Positions 37,701-52,700 of a DNA stretch of 64,000 nt are shown here, one piece after another. The notes beneath the pieces were generated by a model. That model saw nothing but the letters and a program-made list of their open reading frames with translations, made no database searches and was not told the DNA's origin. How positions within the stretch are numbered: position 1 is the stretch's first letter; each line of letters starts with the position of its first letter. The stretch is taken from NCBI RefSeq assembly GCF_964355755.1, contig NC_092678.1, positions 24,693,365 to 24,757,364 of the forward strand. The letters run 5' to 3'. A program made the position numbers and the translations under genes. The stretch comes from Antedon mediterranea (taxonomy: Eukaryota; Animalia; Echinodermata).

Positions 37701-40700
37701 CTGGGTGTGAAATGACATGGATCAGGAGGTAGAAACAAACAGGGATGGTTTTCAAAAGGTCGCCTATCAAGAGAGTAATAAAACAGTTTACTACCCCAAA
37801 CAAGGGTGCCAGTGTGATGCATATGTACTTTTTTAAAGGTTCTTTTAGCAGGATTCAACTCCAGGGTTTTATTTATTTTTTTCTTTGTGCCCCTATATCT
37901 TTGCAGAACCTTAATTTATGGGGACCCTGCCAACATATTTTATCAAATTTAATATTGATGAGATAGCAGGCATAGGGTGATGTGTCAAAAGCCAAACCCA
38001 TTCAGACTTGCAGATCAACACCCTGTAAATCAAGTGTACAAGGTGTATAGCACATAGAAGGAGTGGTGGACAAGTAAAAAGTACCAGTAAAGGCTAAATA
38101 ATGTGAATCAAGTGTACAAGGTGAACAGCACATAGAAGGAGTGGTGGACAAGTAAAAAGTACCAGTAAAGGCTAAATAATGTGAAAACTAATTTTGTTTG
38201 TATATTTCTATGACCCTTAAAAGCTCTGTCAAAAAATGGACATGATGATGTAATATCAATACCATATTAGGGAATATCACTACCCTATTTGGGCAAATCA
38301 TAATTTTTTTTTAGTCAAATGGCTAATAAGAAGAAATTAAATCTTAAATGGTCATAGAGTAATTAACTCCAGATGGTACAAGAACATACTATGTTCAGTT
38401 TTAATGTTCTAACAACATAGATCCTGCCGACATTCAAAACACATTTAATCTAACTGTATTCTGAACCTCAAGAGAAGTAAAACTGCTAAAATCGTTGTGT
38501 CCATCAAAATCAAGAGAACACACAGGGGGGTAAATCAAATCACCACGGGGCAACAAAGTGTAAAAATAATGGAGGAAACGGGAAATACTTAATTATAACA
38601 AAACAAGAAAATTAAAAGAGAAAGTGAAAATAACATAATAAAAGTGATCAAAGAGATGAGAAGATTTAAGCAGCAGTAAACTTTAAGTTATTCAACTTTG
38701 TATTATTGTGCCTTATGATGTTGAATGATGAGTAAAATCATTCCTGAGGCGCTGTCTGGTGACGACTTTCTTGAAGAGAATAACTTGTCATTAACTAGTA
38801 GTAGCAACCCATGCATATTTTCATGGAATTTCAGAACAAGTAGTACAATTCTATGCACAATTAACAGGTTTTTTTTATTTTGTTTTTTATATTCATGTAA
38901 ACACTTTACCCTTGGAATGGTGACACAACTGTGGTATGGTCAAACACACACAAAAAAAACCAAAAACAAATAAATTAAACTACAGTAAATAAAAATGGCT
39001 ATAGAGTAAAATGAAGTGCTTAAATGAGGTAAGGTGTTCCCCCTCTGTCTGAATTCATCTATGACCTGTATACAACTCTATGAAATGAGTATTTGATTGA
39101 TTGGGAAGGAAATCAAATCTGTACTTTGCCTTGGTATTATGATTTCACTGACCAGGGACCACCATTAACATCAGAAAGATCATTTCATTAGCAATAGATT
39201 GAAACAACATTGGCAGGTTGAGGTGAGCTCTGTGGTATTAAAGCTACATTTCTATATGTCATAAATTTGTAGTTGATCTGGTAGACACGTCTTCTCCAAT
39301 TATTAAATATATATTCTACATGACAGTGTTTGAAATATCTGTTCTCCTGGACAGCTAATAAAAGTCACCAATCACACAGCAGTCACCAAAGACCTATCTA
39401 TCACCAATAGTTAGCTTTATTAGGGTCAGAGTGTACAAAGGCCAGGTATTGGTAATATGGTGTATAAATTTTAACAGCTTTCTGACCACAGTAAACTAAA
39501 ATCATTGAATAGGACATAACATAAGTTATTAGAGGCATTCCTCCTAAAAAGGAGCCCTAAATTTAAAGATCTTAAATTACAGTTATTTTGAGGTAAAGAT
39601 CTGTCTACTCTATCAAACTAGTTTTTGACAAAAAAAGTGTGATGTGCCTAAATATGGTATTGGTAGTGATATACCCAAATATGGTAGTGATATGACATCG
39701 TCTTGTCCATATGGGTACATCACATAGATTTTGATAGTGTAGACAGGGCCTAACATTTATCTTTCCAATTTTTGATCAAGTGAATAAAGATTAAAATGAC
39801 ATTAAAATGGCATATTCAATAACAAAACATTATTTTTTCAGGGGGAAATTTATCTCTTGGTAAAAGTGATATCAAATTTATTTTTCTGGAGAATCTCTAA
39901 GTACCATCAAGGGTCCACTTCCTTTAAGTAAGACAGTTACTTATTATTAGTCATTTTGTAAAAAGTGGTAACTAGCAAGTTCAAGGTTTTGCCGTTTTAG
40001 ATTTTACATCGTTGTTGCTCTCGTGTGATTAAAACTTTAAAGCACACATCAAGAAAGTCAGGCACCTTAAAGGAAGCTACTATAAATGTCTGTTAGTCAC
40101 CAGAAAAAAAAAGTTAAGTTCAGTGGTAAGATTTGAACTAAGACATCCGACACCATGTTAACCACAACAATGATTGCTATGCTGGTACAGTATGTACAAT
40201 TGAACAACAATAATTGCTATGCTAGTACAGTACTGTACAATTGAACAACAATGATTGCTATGCTAGTACAGTACTGTACAATTGAACAACAATGATTGCT
40301 ATGCTAGTACAGTACTGTACAATTGAACAACAATGATTGCTATGCTAGTACAGTACTGTACAATTGAACAACAATGATTGCTATGCTAGTACAGTACTGT
40401 ACAATTGAACAACAATGATTGCTATGCTAGTACAGTACTGTACAATTGAACAACAATGATTGCTATGCTAGTACAGTATGTACAATGATTGCTATGCTAG
40501 TACAGTACTGTACAATGATTGCTATGCTAGTACAGTACTGTACAATTGAACAACAATGATTGCTATGCTGGTACAGTACTGTACAATGATTGCTATGCTG
40601 GTACAGTACTGTACAATGATTGCTATGCTGGTACAGTACTGTACAATGATTGCTATGCTGGTACAGTACTGTACAATGATTGCTATGCTGGTACAGTACT

Positions 40701-43700
40701 GTACAATGATTGCTATGCTGGTACAGTACTGTACAATGATTGCTATGCTAGTACAGTACTGTACAATGATTGCTATGCTAGTACAGTACTGTACAATGAT
40801 TGCTATGCTAGTACAGTACTGTACAATGATTGCTATGCTGGTACAGTACTGTACAATGATTGCTATGCTGGTACAGTACTGTACAATGATTGCTATGCTA
40901 GTACAGTACTGTACAATGATTGCTATGCTAGTACAGTACTGTACAATGATTGCTATGCTGGTACAGTACTGTACAATGATTGCTATGCTGGTACAGTACT
41001 GTACAATGATTGCTATGCTAGTACAGTACTGTACAATGATTGCTATGCTAGTACAGTACTGTACAATGATTGCTATGCTAGTACAGTACTGTACAATGAT
41101 TGCTATGCTAGTACAGTACTGTACAATGATTGCTATGCTGGTACAGTACTGTACAATGATTGCTATGCTGGTACAGTACTGTACAATGATTGCTATGCTG
41201 GTACAGTACTGTACAATGATTGCTATGCTAGTACAGTACTGTACAATGATTGCTATGCTAGTACAGTACTGTACAATGATTGCTATGCTAGTACAGTACT
41301 GTACAATGATTGCTATGCTAGTACAGTACTGTACAATGATTGCTATGCTGGTACAGTACTGTACAATGATTGCTATGCTGGTACAGTACTGTACAATGAT
41401 TGCTATGCTGGTACAGTACTGTACAATGATTGCTATGCTGGTACAGTACTGTACAATGATTGCTATGCTGGTACAGTACTGTACAATGATTGCTATGCTG
41501 GTACAGTACTGTACAATGATTGCTATGCTAGTACAGTACTGTACAATGATTGCTATGCTGGTACAGTACTGTACAATGATTGCTATGCTGGTACAGTACT
41601 GTACAATGATTGCTATGCTGGTACAGTACTGTACAATGATTGCTATGCTGGTACAGTACTGTACAATGATTGCTATGCTGGTACAGTACTGTACAATGAT
41701 TGCTATGCTAGTACAGTACTGTACAATGATTGCTATGCTGGTACAGTACTGTACAATGATTGCTATGCTGGTACAGTACTGTACAATGATTGCTATGCTG
41801 GTACAGTACTGTACAATGATTGCTATGCTGGTACAGTACTGTACAATGATTGCTATGCTGGTACAGTACTGTACAATGATTGCTATGCTGGTACAGTACT
41901 GTACAATGATTGCTATGCTGGTACAGTACTGTACAATGATTGCTATGCTAGTACAGTACTGTACAATGATTGCTATGCGGTACAGTACTGTACAATGATT
42001 GCTATGCTGGTACAGTACTGTACAATGATTGCTATGCTGGTACAGTACTGTACAATGATTGCTATGCTGGTACAGTACTGTACAATGATTGCTATGCTAG
42101 TACAGTACTGTACAATGATTGCTATGCTGGTACAGTACTGTACAATGATTGCTATGCTGGTACAGTACTGTACAATGATTGCTATGCTGGTACAGTACTG
42201 TACAATGATTGCTATGCTAGTACAGTACTGTACAATGATTGCTATGCTGGTACAGTACTGTACAATGATTGCTATGCTGGTACAGTACTGTACAATGATT
42301 GCTATGCTGGTACAGTACTGTACAATGATTGCTATGCTGGTACAGTACTGTACAATGATTGCTATGCTAGTACAGTACTGTACAATGATTGCTATGCTGG
42401 TACAGTACTGTACAATGATTGCTATGCTGGTACAGTACTGTACAATGATTGCTATGCTGGTACAGTACTGTACAATGATTGCTATGCTGGTACAGTACTG
42501 TACAATGATTGCTATGCTGGTACAGTACTGTACAATGATTGCTATGCTGGTACAGTACTGTACAATGATTGCTATGCTGGTACAGTACTGTACAATGATT
42601 GCTATGCTAGTACAGTACTGTACAATGATTGCTATGCTGGTACAGTACTGTACAATGATTGCTATGCTGGTACAGTACTGTACAATGATTGCTATGCTAG
42701 TACAGTACTGTACAATGATTGCTATGCTAGTACAGTACTGTACAATGATTGCTATGCTGGTACAGTACTGTACAATGATTGCTATGCTAGTACAGTACTG
42801 TACAATGATTGCTATGCTAGTACAGTACTGTACAATGATTGCTATGCTAGTACAGTACTGTACAATGATTGCTATGCTAGTACAGTACTGTACAATGATT
42901 GCTATGCTAGTACAGTACTGTACAATGATTGCTATGCTAGTACAGTACTGTACAATTGAACTGAGAACTGTGCAAAAAAGGGCTAGCATGTTGACTGCTA
43001 ATATATCATCCAAGGACTGGAATTTGATTTGAACCAGGAACTTCAATAAAAGGCCAGCACGTTAACTGCTAATAGTTTACTACCATTTCACCCAAGGACT
43101 GTGGAAGTGGATTTGAACTGTGCAATAAAAGGCCATTATGTTAACTACTAATATATCATCCATGAACTTGAATTGGATTTAAACTAGGCCAGCATGTTAG
43201 CTGATACTAGTTCACATCCATTCCATCCAAGGACCAGAATTGGATTTGAACTAGGAACTTCAATAAAAGACCAGAATGTTAACTACTAATAGTTCACTTC
43301 CATTTCACCCAAGGACTTTGGAAGTGAATTTTAACTGTGGACAGCATTTTAACTGTCTGCTAATATATTATCGAAGGACCGAAATTGGATTTGAACCAGG
43401 AACTTAAATAAAAGACAAGCATGTTTACTGCCAATCTAAGTTTTCCACAGAGATAAAAATAGCAACAGTAGATATGCCCTTTATAGCATAATTGAGATTG
43501 ACATGTTATGACAACTTCAGCATCTGCAGTGCAGTAGTTGGTCATGCTTGAATGAACTCATATGCCCTTGGGTTTATAGTATTGCTGGAACAAAAGAACA
43601 CGCTGGAGATTCTAGTCTTTCCAATCACCAAAAGATTTAATGCCCTACTTTTCTGAAAACATTTTTCATACACTGGGACTGTAGCAATAATTTTAAAATA

Positions 43701-46700
43701 TATTTTCGTAACAGTACAATCTTCAATGAGTTTATTTTCCAGCATAATTTTTGTGCGCCGCTCCTTTAGGCAGTTATATTGAAGAGGACGGAAGCATTAG
43801 GAGACACAGTTAACATACAGTAGCTTATAATTTACTACAGCTGGAAAAATGGGTATTTCGAAACTCGGACTGGGCACACACCTCAAAGCATGTCTGGGAA
43901 AAGAGTCTAGTGAAAACATTTGCTGATAAATATTGAGATGCATGTAGAGATACATGTAGACGGTAGTTATCGTCAGATGAGCGGCGTTTTTGTAAGAAAT
44001 ATTTCTTGTTTAGAAATGTAATATGAGGTTGTACATTACCTTGGTATTCCTCCTCTTCTTGTCGTTCAGTTATATCAAGTGTTATTTGTTTTACTCGCTG
44101 TTTTTCTGCAAGTTCAGCCTAAAATAATAATGATAAGAAATAAACGACTCCTGGTAAATCAAACTTAAACATCGATTTCATTCTTTGTTTAAAAAAAATG
44201 TCATATGCATCCAACAGCAAGAAACTCGCCAATTACAGTTACTATAATTTATCGTGATTATAAATATAAGTATTATTTGACGCTTAGAAAGTGGATTAGA
44301 AAGAGTTGCGAGTTATTTTAAAGAATTCTATAATTATAGAAAGTTAAATCCATTTCTGATATTGAATGGAACGGTGTGCATACACAGTCAACTACCATCC
44401 TAAACAAAACCTTACTACTAGTGATTGAATGAATGAAAGTGTTCCACCAACCTGTTCTCTATTCTTTAAATTAGCCACAAGGTGTGATGTAAGAGGAACC
44501 TCAAAGCCTTTGAACTGTTGTTTATTTCCTTTACGAACCACAAGTGTAAAGTTGATCATATCGGTCTTGTCTGGTTCTTCGTCTTCCAACTGGTCTTCCT
44601 GGAGAAACGTGAAACTCTTTGGGTTGCGTTTCATGTGCATAGGTACGCTTACGTCAAACTGGGGTACTTTAATTACTTCGTTATTGCGGTGCTGTCAAAC
44701 AGATTACAAACAAATTAAGACATAGCGTGTTATAATCAACTTTATCAATAAAATAATATTTTATAGCCTTTATCGTTTCAAACTAACTAATTAAATTTCT
44801 GTATATTGCTAGGCTGTTTGGAAATAATGTTCTGTGTTTAATAAAACATTAGGATAAATAAGGATACTGCTGTCAACACTATCAAACTTTATGCGACAAA
44901 AAATGTGATGTGCCCATGGACACGATGAAGTCATATCACAACCATATTTGGGCATATCACTATCATGTTTGGGCAAATCATACTTCTTTTGTCAAACTAG
45001 TTTGATAGTGTAGACAGAGCTTAAGAAGGAAAGATCTTCATACCTGGTTTGTTTCTGCCATCATTTTATCAAATGCTGATGTGAAATCTTCATCCTCCTG
45101 ACAGTTGATAACCCTTGACCTCTTGTTTAATAATGTGACCTACAAATAATGTTTATAATGTTTATAATCTAGTCATTGTAATGTAGGGATGAAACTAGTT
45201 AAAGGAGCAAGATAGAGAGTAACATTTTAAAGGATTTATTGCTTTTTGGTATTATATATTATTGTAATTATTTGAATAGCTCTGTAAGTACAATATTGTT
45301 CTGATCTTTGATCAAACTTAAAGCCTTGGCTTAATGCATGCTCCTCACACAATTATATTTATTAATTTATGTTCTGTATATTGTATTGTGTGAAACAATA
45401 AACTTGAACTTGAAAAGTTCATATTGTATATATTATTCTCAATTACTTACACTATCATCATCTTCATCTTCACCGGCTGAGTCCAGCGTAATATCAGTGT
45501 CATCATAATCAACCTAAAAACAAACAAAATTGGAAAATTTAAGAACCTTTATTCAATCAATAACATATGATAAAAAGAAAACACTTCGAAATGGGTTACA
45601 AAAATACTAACCCCAGTTTCAGGCTGATGCTGTGATAAACTTTGACCTTGACTTCCGCCTGTACTTGCTCGGTCCATGCGGTCTGAGAAGTCAATGTCAG
45701 AATCGTCATCATCATCTTCAACAAGTGTGTTGGATCCTGTGAGTGAAAAGAAACGGGAAATATATTTTGGTAAGAATATGTATGAAGTAATCAAATAAAA
45801 TTTTATCATAATAGATATAAAAACTTACCTGATGGATCAGTTTCACGACTTTCTAAAATTGGTGCCAAGCCTTGTCCAGGTTGATAACTAGCAGTAGCAA
45901 CAGTACTTACTGGTGCTGAAAAAAGATTAAAATATCAAATAAAGATTTTACAGGTTTAAACCATGGAAATATAACATTTTTATTTTCATAATTGTATACC
46001 TCCATCATCATGGATTACTATAAAATGTAGCCGCTGAACGTCGTCGTTTTTGGATACTTAGTCTCAGACACGTAGCCGCTGAACGTCGTCGTTTTTGGAT
46101 ACTTAGTCTCAGACACGTAGCCGCTGAACGTCGTCGTTTTTGGATACTTAGTCTCAGACACGTAGCCGCTGAACGTCGTCGTTTTTGGATACTTAGTCTC
46201 AGACTAAAAACCTAAGCACAGCTTTCTTACCCAATTTCTGTACATATTCATTCTGTAGTGCTAGGACCTCATCACTTGCCTCCTCTAACGTGGCAGCCAT
46301 TTTCATTTTAGGCCTCAGTGCTTCTAGGGTGTCTGACAACATATTATCAACATCCATTGGAAAGGGCCTTGTATCAGCATCCCAAATAGCAAGACTCTTC
46401 TTATACAAAATATATTGCTGAATAAATAAAAGCAGTAGTTTGTTATTCATGTATGTTTCTTCGAGCTGAAAAAAAATTGCGGCCTAATAGGACAGTTTCT
46501 GTCTATTGATAATATCAATATTATTGGATAATTCTTTTTAAATTTCTCTCTGGCAAATTTCATGGTTTAACATGTTACAGACACAAATACTTCACTTAAT
46601 AACATTAAAAATCCATTTTGTCTGATTTTTAGTAAATAAAATTGTAAAAGTTTCTGTAATTAGTTTTACCTGAAAATAGACAAGAAAGCAGTCTAGCTTC

Positions 46701-49700
46701 TTTTTGGTGCTACCACGGTCAAAGAACTGACCACAAGTGTCCAGTAGTGTGCATACAAGCCGGATACGAAACAAATGCTCTGGCGGGTCGAATGGTGTTG
46801 GAGTTCCTATAAAAAAATAAATGAATAAGTAAATTATTGGCACTGTGGCTTTTGGTTTAAATTGGTAATTTGTCAGTAAATACTTTAATAGCAATGTGGG
46901 TTATAAGGTGTGGGTGAATTATCTGGCTGTAATTTGATAGTAAATACTTTAATAGCAATGTGGGTTATAAGGTGTGGGTGAATTATCTGGCTGTAATTTG
47001 TAATAAATAAAATAAAATAGAGACTATTGGCACTGTGGCTAAGTATCTGATTCTGGGTTCAAATCGGTCCTTAGTCAGTAACTACTTTAATTTTAATATG
47101 TGACTTTTTTTTAAAAACATTTTTTATACTGGGAGCCTGTTCAGAAGTAAACTACTGTTATGCCACAGTGCCCAGAATAAGTGGGGTAAGTAGTGTGGCT
47201 GAATAAAAATGTTAATACCAACCATCAAGAGATATTCCAAACTTAATAAGTGTGTAGAGAGTCTTGAAGATGACAGCTGACTCCACCATTCTGTAGTTGT
47301 ACAATTCACCAAGGTATTTCAGCATACTTACACGTCGTTGGTTGAACTCAGCAAGGTTGATCTAAATCAAAATACATAGAACATTTTAAAAAATTGGGAT
47401 TAGAAAGGGATTTGAACCTAAAACATTATGGTTTAGTGAAACAAGCACAACCTAATTTACAGACAATTCCTATTAAATTGCTGTGATAGTTCTTATCAAT
47501 ACAATTATAATACAGTAACTGGTTAATTGGTTGTTTTGAGATGTTTTTTTTTTAATTGTGAGACAACTTGATTTAAATCTTTATGATAATTAACAATCGA
47601 TGGGTTAAAGCATTTACTAAAATCAAAATATAATTACCTCCATTCCGAGTCGGATATCTTCCATAACATTATCAACTACCATTATACCAGCATCATCATG
47701 GTATGCAACAAGACCAGCAACTAAGTTAGCTAAGCAATGGATATTGCTGTACTTAACATTCCAAACCAATGCTAGACACTTGGTAGTGTATGCATGGATC
47801 TAAAAAAGTAAATAGTATATCATTAATCTAGTGAGAAAAAAACTTGAATTTTTAAGTCTGTACATTGGTTTACAAAGGAACATGTTTAGTTTAAAACTCC
47901 CTCCTGTATATGCAAATGTTAACATCACAGATTCAATTGACCCTCCTGTGTACGTAAATGTTTATTACCTCTGGATCAGACCATGGTAACTTGCGAATTT
48001 GTCTCAAAGTCTTCTCAACCGTTAATTTAGTTAGATCTTTAAACAACAACTTTCTGATATACTGATGCATCGGAGGACGGATTTTTATTTCAGCCTGCAA
48101 AATAAAAAACAAAATACTTTATTATTAATTTTGCATATAACATCGGAGGATTTGAGCAAGAATTAGAAAGAAAATAGTTTATGACTAAAAGCACAATGAA
48201 ATGTCTAGAATGTTAAGGTCTGGTTGTGGGAATGTTTTCTATAAAATTTCATTCAAGAATTTTAGTATTTTTGAAATGAAAATTGCATAATATCTACCTT
48301 CTGTGTGTCTGGAGGGTTACAAAAGAAGAAAGCATTTTCAACCATAGTTGAATACCGATCACTCAAGTGTAGTCGCGTCTTCTTCCGCATCATTTGCTCC
48401 TACCAAAAAATAGTATTAAATATAAAAATTTGGAATAGATGGATGGAAATTCAACCAATGATGAAAAAACAACTTAAAAATGGACTAGAATGTGTTTAGA
48501 ATATTACTTACCAGCAATGCATTAGTACGAACATAAGAGTCGGCTGAGCGATACAGAAAACGACCACAAACTTCCAGCAAGGCACAGGTCATGTCAATAT
48601 TATGATGCCGAAAATCTGACAGTAATATCTGTATGAAAAGAATTGTTTTATTAAAGAGTTTTTGTTTTAATGATTTTCAATTGTAAAATCTGAAAAAATT
48701 GGAACACGCTTCAGTTACCTTAAGACACTGTAGGGTATCTGCCTTTGGGCACATCTTAAACTTGGTCAATTCACCTAATTAACAAAAACAAGACATTTTA
48801 GAATAAATATGCTGGTGCAGGTCACATTAAACCAATCAATAAATCTAAACAAAACATTATCTATATGTTCTTAAAAGTATTGTACTTACCTAAGAAACGA
48901 ACAGTTTTAATCTTGGATTCAATGTTAATCTGATCTTTCTTTTTAACCTGTTAAAATGAAAAACTGAAATTTACTCTCTGGTATTTTAAAGTAATAAATA
49001 ATGTTAACTAAAAAGAGTAATTGAACACTAAACAATTTTATAACTCTATTCTACAAAGAACCTAAAGTCAAAATATAGTCATGTCTCAAGACGATTCCAT
49101 GGTCAATTTCTTTATCAATATTTTCAATCATGAACATTATTTGATCAAACTTCAACGATGATTCAGAAAATGTTAATTAATGTTGTTTGGTTAAGGAAAA
49201 AAAAGTAATATTTACATGGTACTTAAAGTCTCCTTTAAGTCTGTCAACTAAGTCAGTTGCAACATCCGGCATACAGGGAAAGAGAGTGGCAACTAACCGG
49301 GAATAAAACGACAACAGATCAAGCCTGTAACAAAAGCATATATTAGGAATTATGAAATTTCTACAATCGATGTCACACCAAGGTCAAGACAGATATTATT
49401 TGAAAAAAGACGAATATATTTTGGCATTCTTTACCTTGTTCTAGGAACACTGAATAAGGTCTTCACTAATTTCTTTCTGTTTGATTTTGTGTTATAAGTC
49501 ATCACAAATTCTACAGCCGCCTAAATGTAAATAAAGATATTGAAAAATATAATTGCAGTAGTGGACACCAATTTACTGTGTCTAACCAGGTCTCTGCGAT
49601 ATGCAGATCAGTTAACTGCAATCTTTGGTCTTAAGCTCTGTCTACACTATCAAACTAGTTTAACAAAAAAGGTGTGATGTGCCCAGATAAAAAGGTTCAA

Positions 49701-52700
49701 AAGTTAAACGTACAGAGTCAATGAATTCCCTGTTGACACACGTGTGCAGTCTTTGTAAGAAGCTGTCCAATTGCATCTTCATGTTAACATTTATCGTTGT
49801 CACTTCTTCTTCTTCAGGCTCAACAGGTTCTAAAATTTACAGCAAAGTGTTCCAATTAAACCAATTACAATCAAATTCTAGTACATTATAAATTTACTTC
49901 AATTATTCTTTCCCAATTGTCAGGAAAAGTGTAAACAGGGGGATTTACCTTCAACTTCAACCTCAAGATTGTCCACTAATTCATTGGTCTCTTCTATTGT
50001 TTCATCCTTCCCTTCATTCACTAATTCTTCTTCTGGCAATTCAACTAAAAGACATTGGGAATGAGATGAATAGAAGAATGCCTATACTAATAGATAAACT
50101 ATTAAGCTGTCTACACTATCAAACTAGTTTGACAAAAAAAGTGTGATGTGCCCAAATATGGTAATGATATGCCCAACTATGGTAGTGATATGCCCAACTA
50201 TGGTAGTGATATGCCCAACTATGGTAGTGATATGCCCAACTATGGTAGTGATATGCCCAACTATGGTAGTGATATGCCCAACTATGGTAGTGATATGCCC
50301 AAATATGATAGTGATATGACATCATTTTGTTGTCACATAAAGTTTGATAGTGTAGACAGCGCTTTATGATGGTTAAGATTTAAATCTATTTTACCTGATT
50401 CAACCTTATCAATTTCTTCTTCGTTCTGATCTCCTGGGGCAACCTGTTTCGAATTGTCCTTAAAAAGTATCTGGAAAAAAAAGAGAAATGTCTCGTTTTA
50501 GTAATGCCTTTGAAATAGAGCATGTATGGTTACAATGGTAAATGTTATTTTTGCGTCTCTACGAGTGTACTTACTGCAGGAACGATAGTTCGAAGGTCAG
50601 TCAAGTTTTCATGGAATGTTCTCGTCTCCTCATCTTCCCACAACGATGTCTCAAAATCAAATTCTCCGTTGGATCTCATTCCACCAAGCATACCAATTAA
50701 ATCATTTTCTCGTTCTTCTCTCAATTTTTCTGAAATAAAAACATTTAAAACATAATGTAACTTAAATTTCCCTGCGTGGGTATGGTGCATGTTTTCTGGA
50801 TGGTACTGTAACTTAAGCTACATTTAGGCTTAAACAACCATTTATCATATTCAAACTAAAATAAAAATTAATTACCATCTTCTGGAAGGTCAGGCATCTC
50901 CAGGTCAAGCAGATCCTAAAATATAAAAACAAATATAACTGTAATACTGTAGAACTGTCTTAACACTGGACATCCATGAGCTGGCATAATATAACTGATA
51001 CACTAGAACTCTCCACTGGACATCCATGGGCTGGCATAATATAACTGATACACTAGAACTCTCCACTGGACATCCATGGGCTGGCATAATATAACTGATA
51101 CACTAGAACTCTCTTAACACTGGACATCCATGGGCTGGCATAATATAACTGATACACTAGAACTCTCCACTGGACATCCATGAGCTGGCATAATATAACT
51201 GATACACTAGAACTCTCCACTGGACATCCATGGGCTGGCATAATATAACTGATACACTAGAACTCTCCACTGGACATCCATGAGCTGGCATAATATAACC
51301 GATACACTAGAACTCTCCACTGGACATCCATGAGCTGGCATAATATAACTGATACACTAGAACTCTCCACTGGACATCCATGGGCTGGCATAATATAACT
51401 GATACACTAGAACTCTCCACTGGACATCCATGGGCTGGCATAATATAACTGATACACTAGAACTCTCCACTGGACATCCATGAGCTGGCATAATATAACT
51501 GATACACTAGAACTCTCCACTGGACATCCATGAGCTGGCATAATATAACTGATACACTAGAACTCTCCACTGGACATCCATGGGCTGGCATAATATAACT
51601 GATACACTAGAACTCTCCACTGGACATCCATGGGCTGGCATAATATAACTGATACACTAGAACTCTCCACTGGACATCCATGAGCTGGCATAATATAACT
51701 GATACACTAGAACTCTCCACTGGACATCCATGAGCTGGCATAATATAACTGATACACTAGAACTCTCCACTGGACATCCATGGGCTGGCATAACATAACT
51801 GATACACTAGAACTCTCCACTGGACATCCATGGGCTGGCATAATATAACTGATACACTAGAACTCTCCACTGGACATCCATGAGCTGGCATAAAATAACT
51901 GATACACTAGAACTCTCCACTGGACATCCATGAGCTGGCATAATAATATAACTGATACACTAGAACTCTCCACTGGACATCCATGGGCTGGCATAATATA
52001 ACTGATACACTAGAACTCTCCACTGGACATCCATGGGCTGGCATAATATAACTGATACACTAGAACTCTCCACTGGACATCCATGAGCTGGCATAATATA
52101 ACTGATACACTAGAACTCTCCACTGGACATCCATGGGCTGGCATAATATAACTGATACACTAGAACTCTCCACTGGACATCCATGGGCTGGCCTAATATA
52201 ACTGATACACTAGAACTCTCTTAACACTGGACATCCATGGGCTGGCATAATATAACTGATACACTAGAACTCTCCACTGGACATCCATGAGCTGGCATAA
52301 TATAACTGATACACTAGAACTCTCCACTGGACATCCATGGGCTGGCATAATATAACTGATACACTAGAACTCTCCACTGGACATCCATGGGCTGGCATAA
52401 TATAACTGATACACTAGAACTCTCCACTGGACATCCATGAGCTGGCATAATATAACTGATACACTAGAACTCTCCACTGGACATCCATGAGCTGGCATAA
52501 TATAACTGTTACACTAGAACTCTCCTAACACTGGACATCCATGAGCTGGCATAATATAACTGATACACTAGAACTCTCCACTGGACATCCATGAGCTGGC
52601 ATAATATAACTGATACACTAGAACTCTCCACTGGACATCCATGGGCTGGCCTAATATAACTGATACACTAGAACTCTCTTAACACTGGACATCCATGAGC

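Noticed and set aside
38027-38186. Short local duplications (also about 5305-5490 and 46877-47001)
   Set aside because: Ordinary two-copy tandem duplications with no further structure.
40546-43046. Long ORFs (828, 480, 329 and 357 aa) of repeated decapeptides
   Set aside because: They are by-products of a stop-free 30-bp satellite that is open in several frames on both strands, inside a UPF2 intron.
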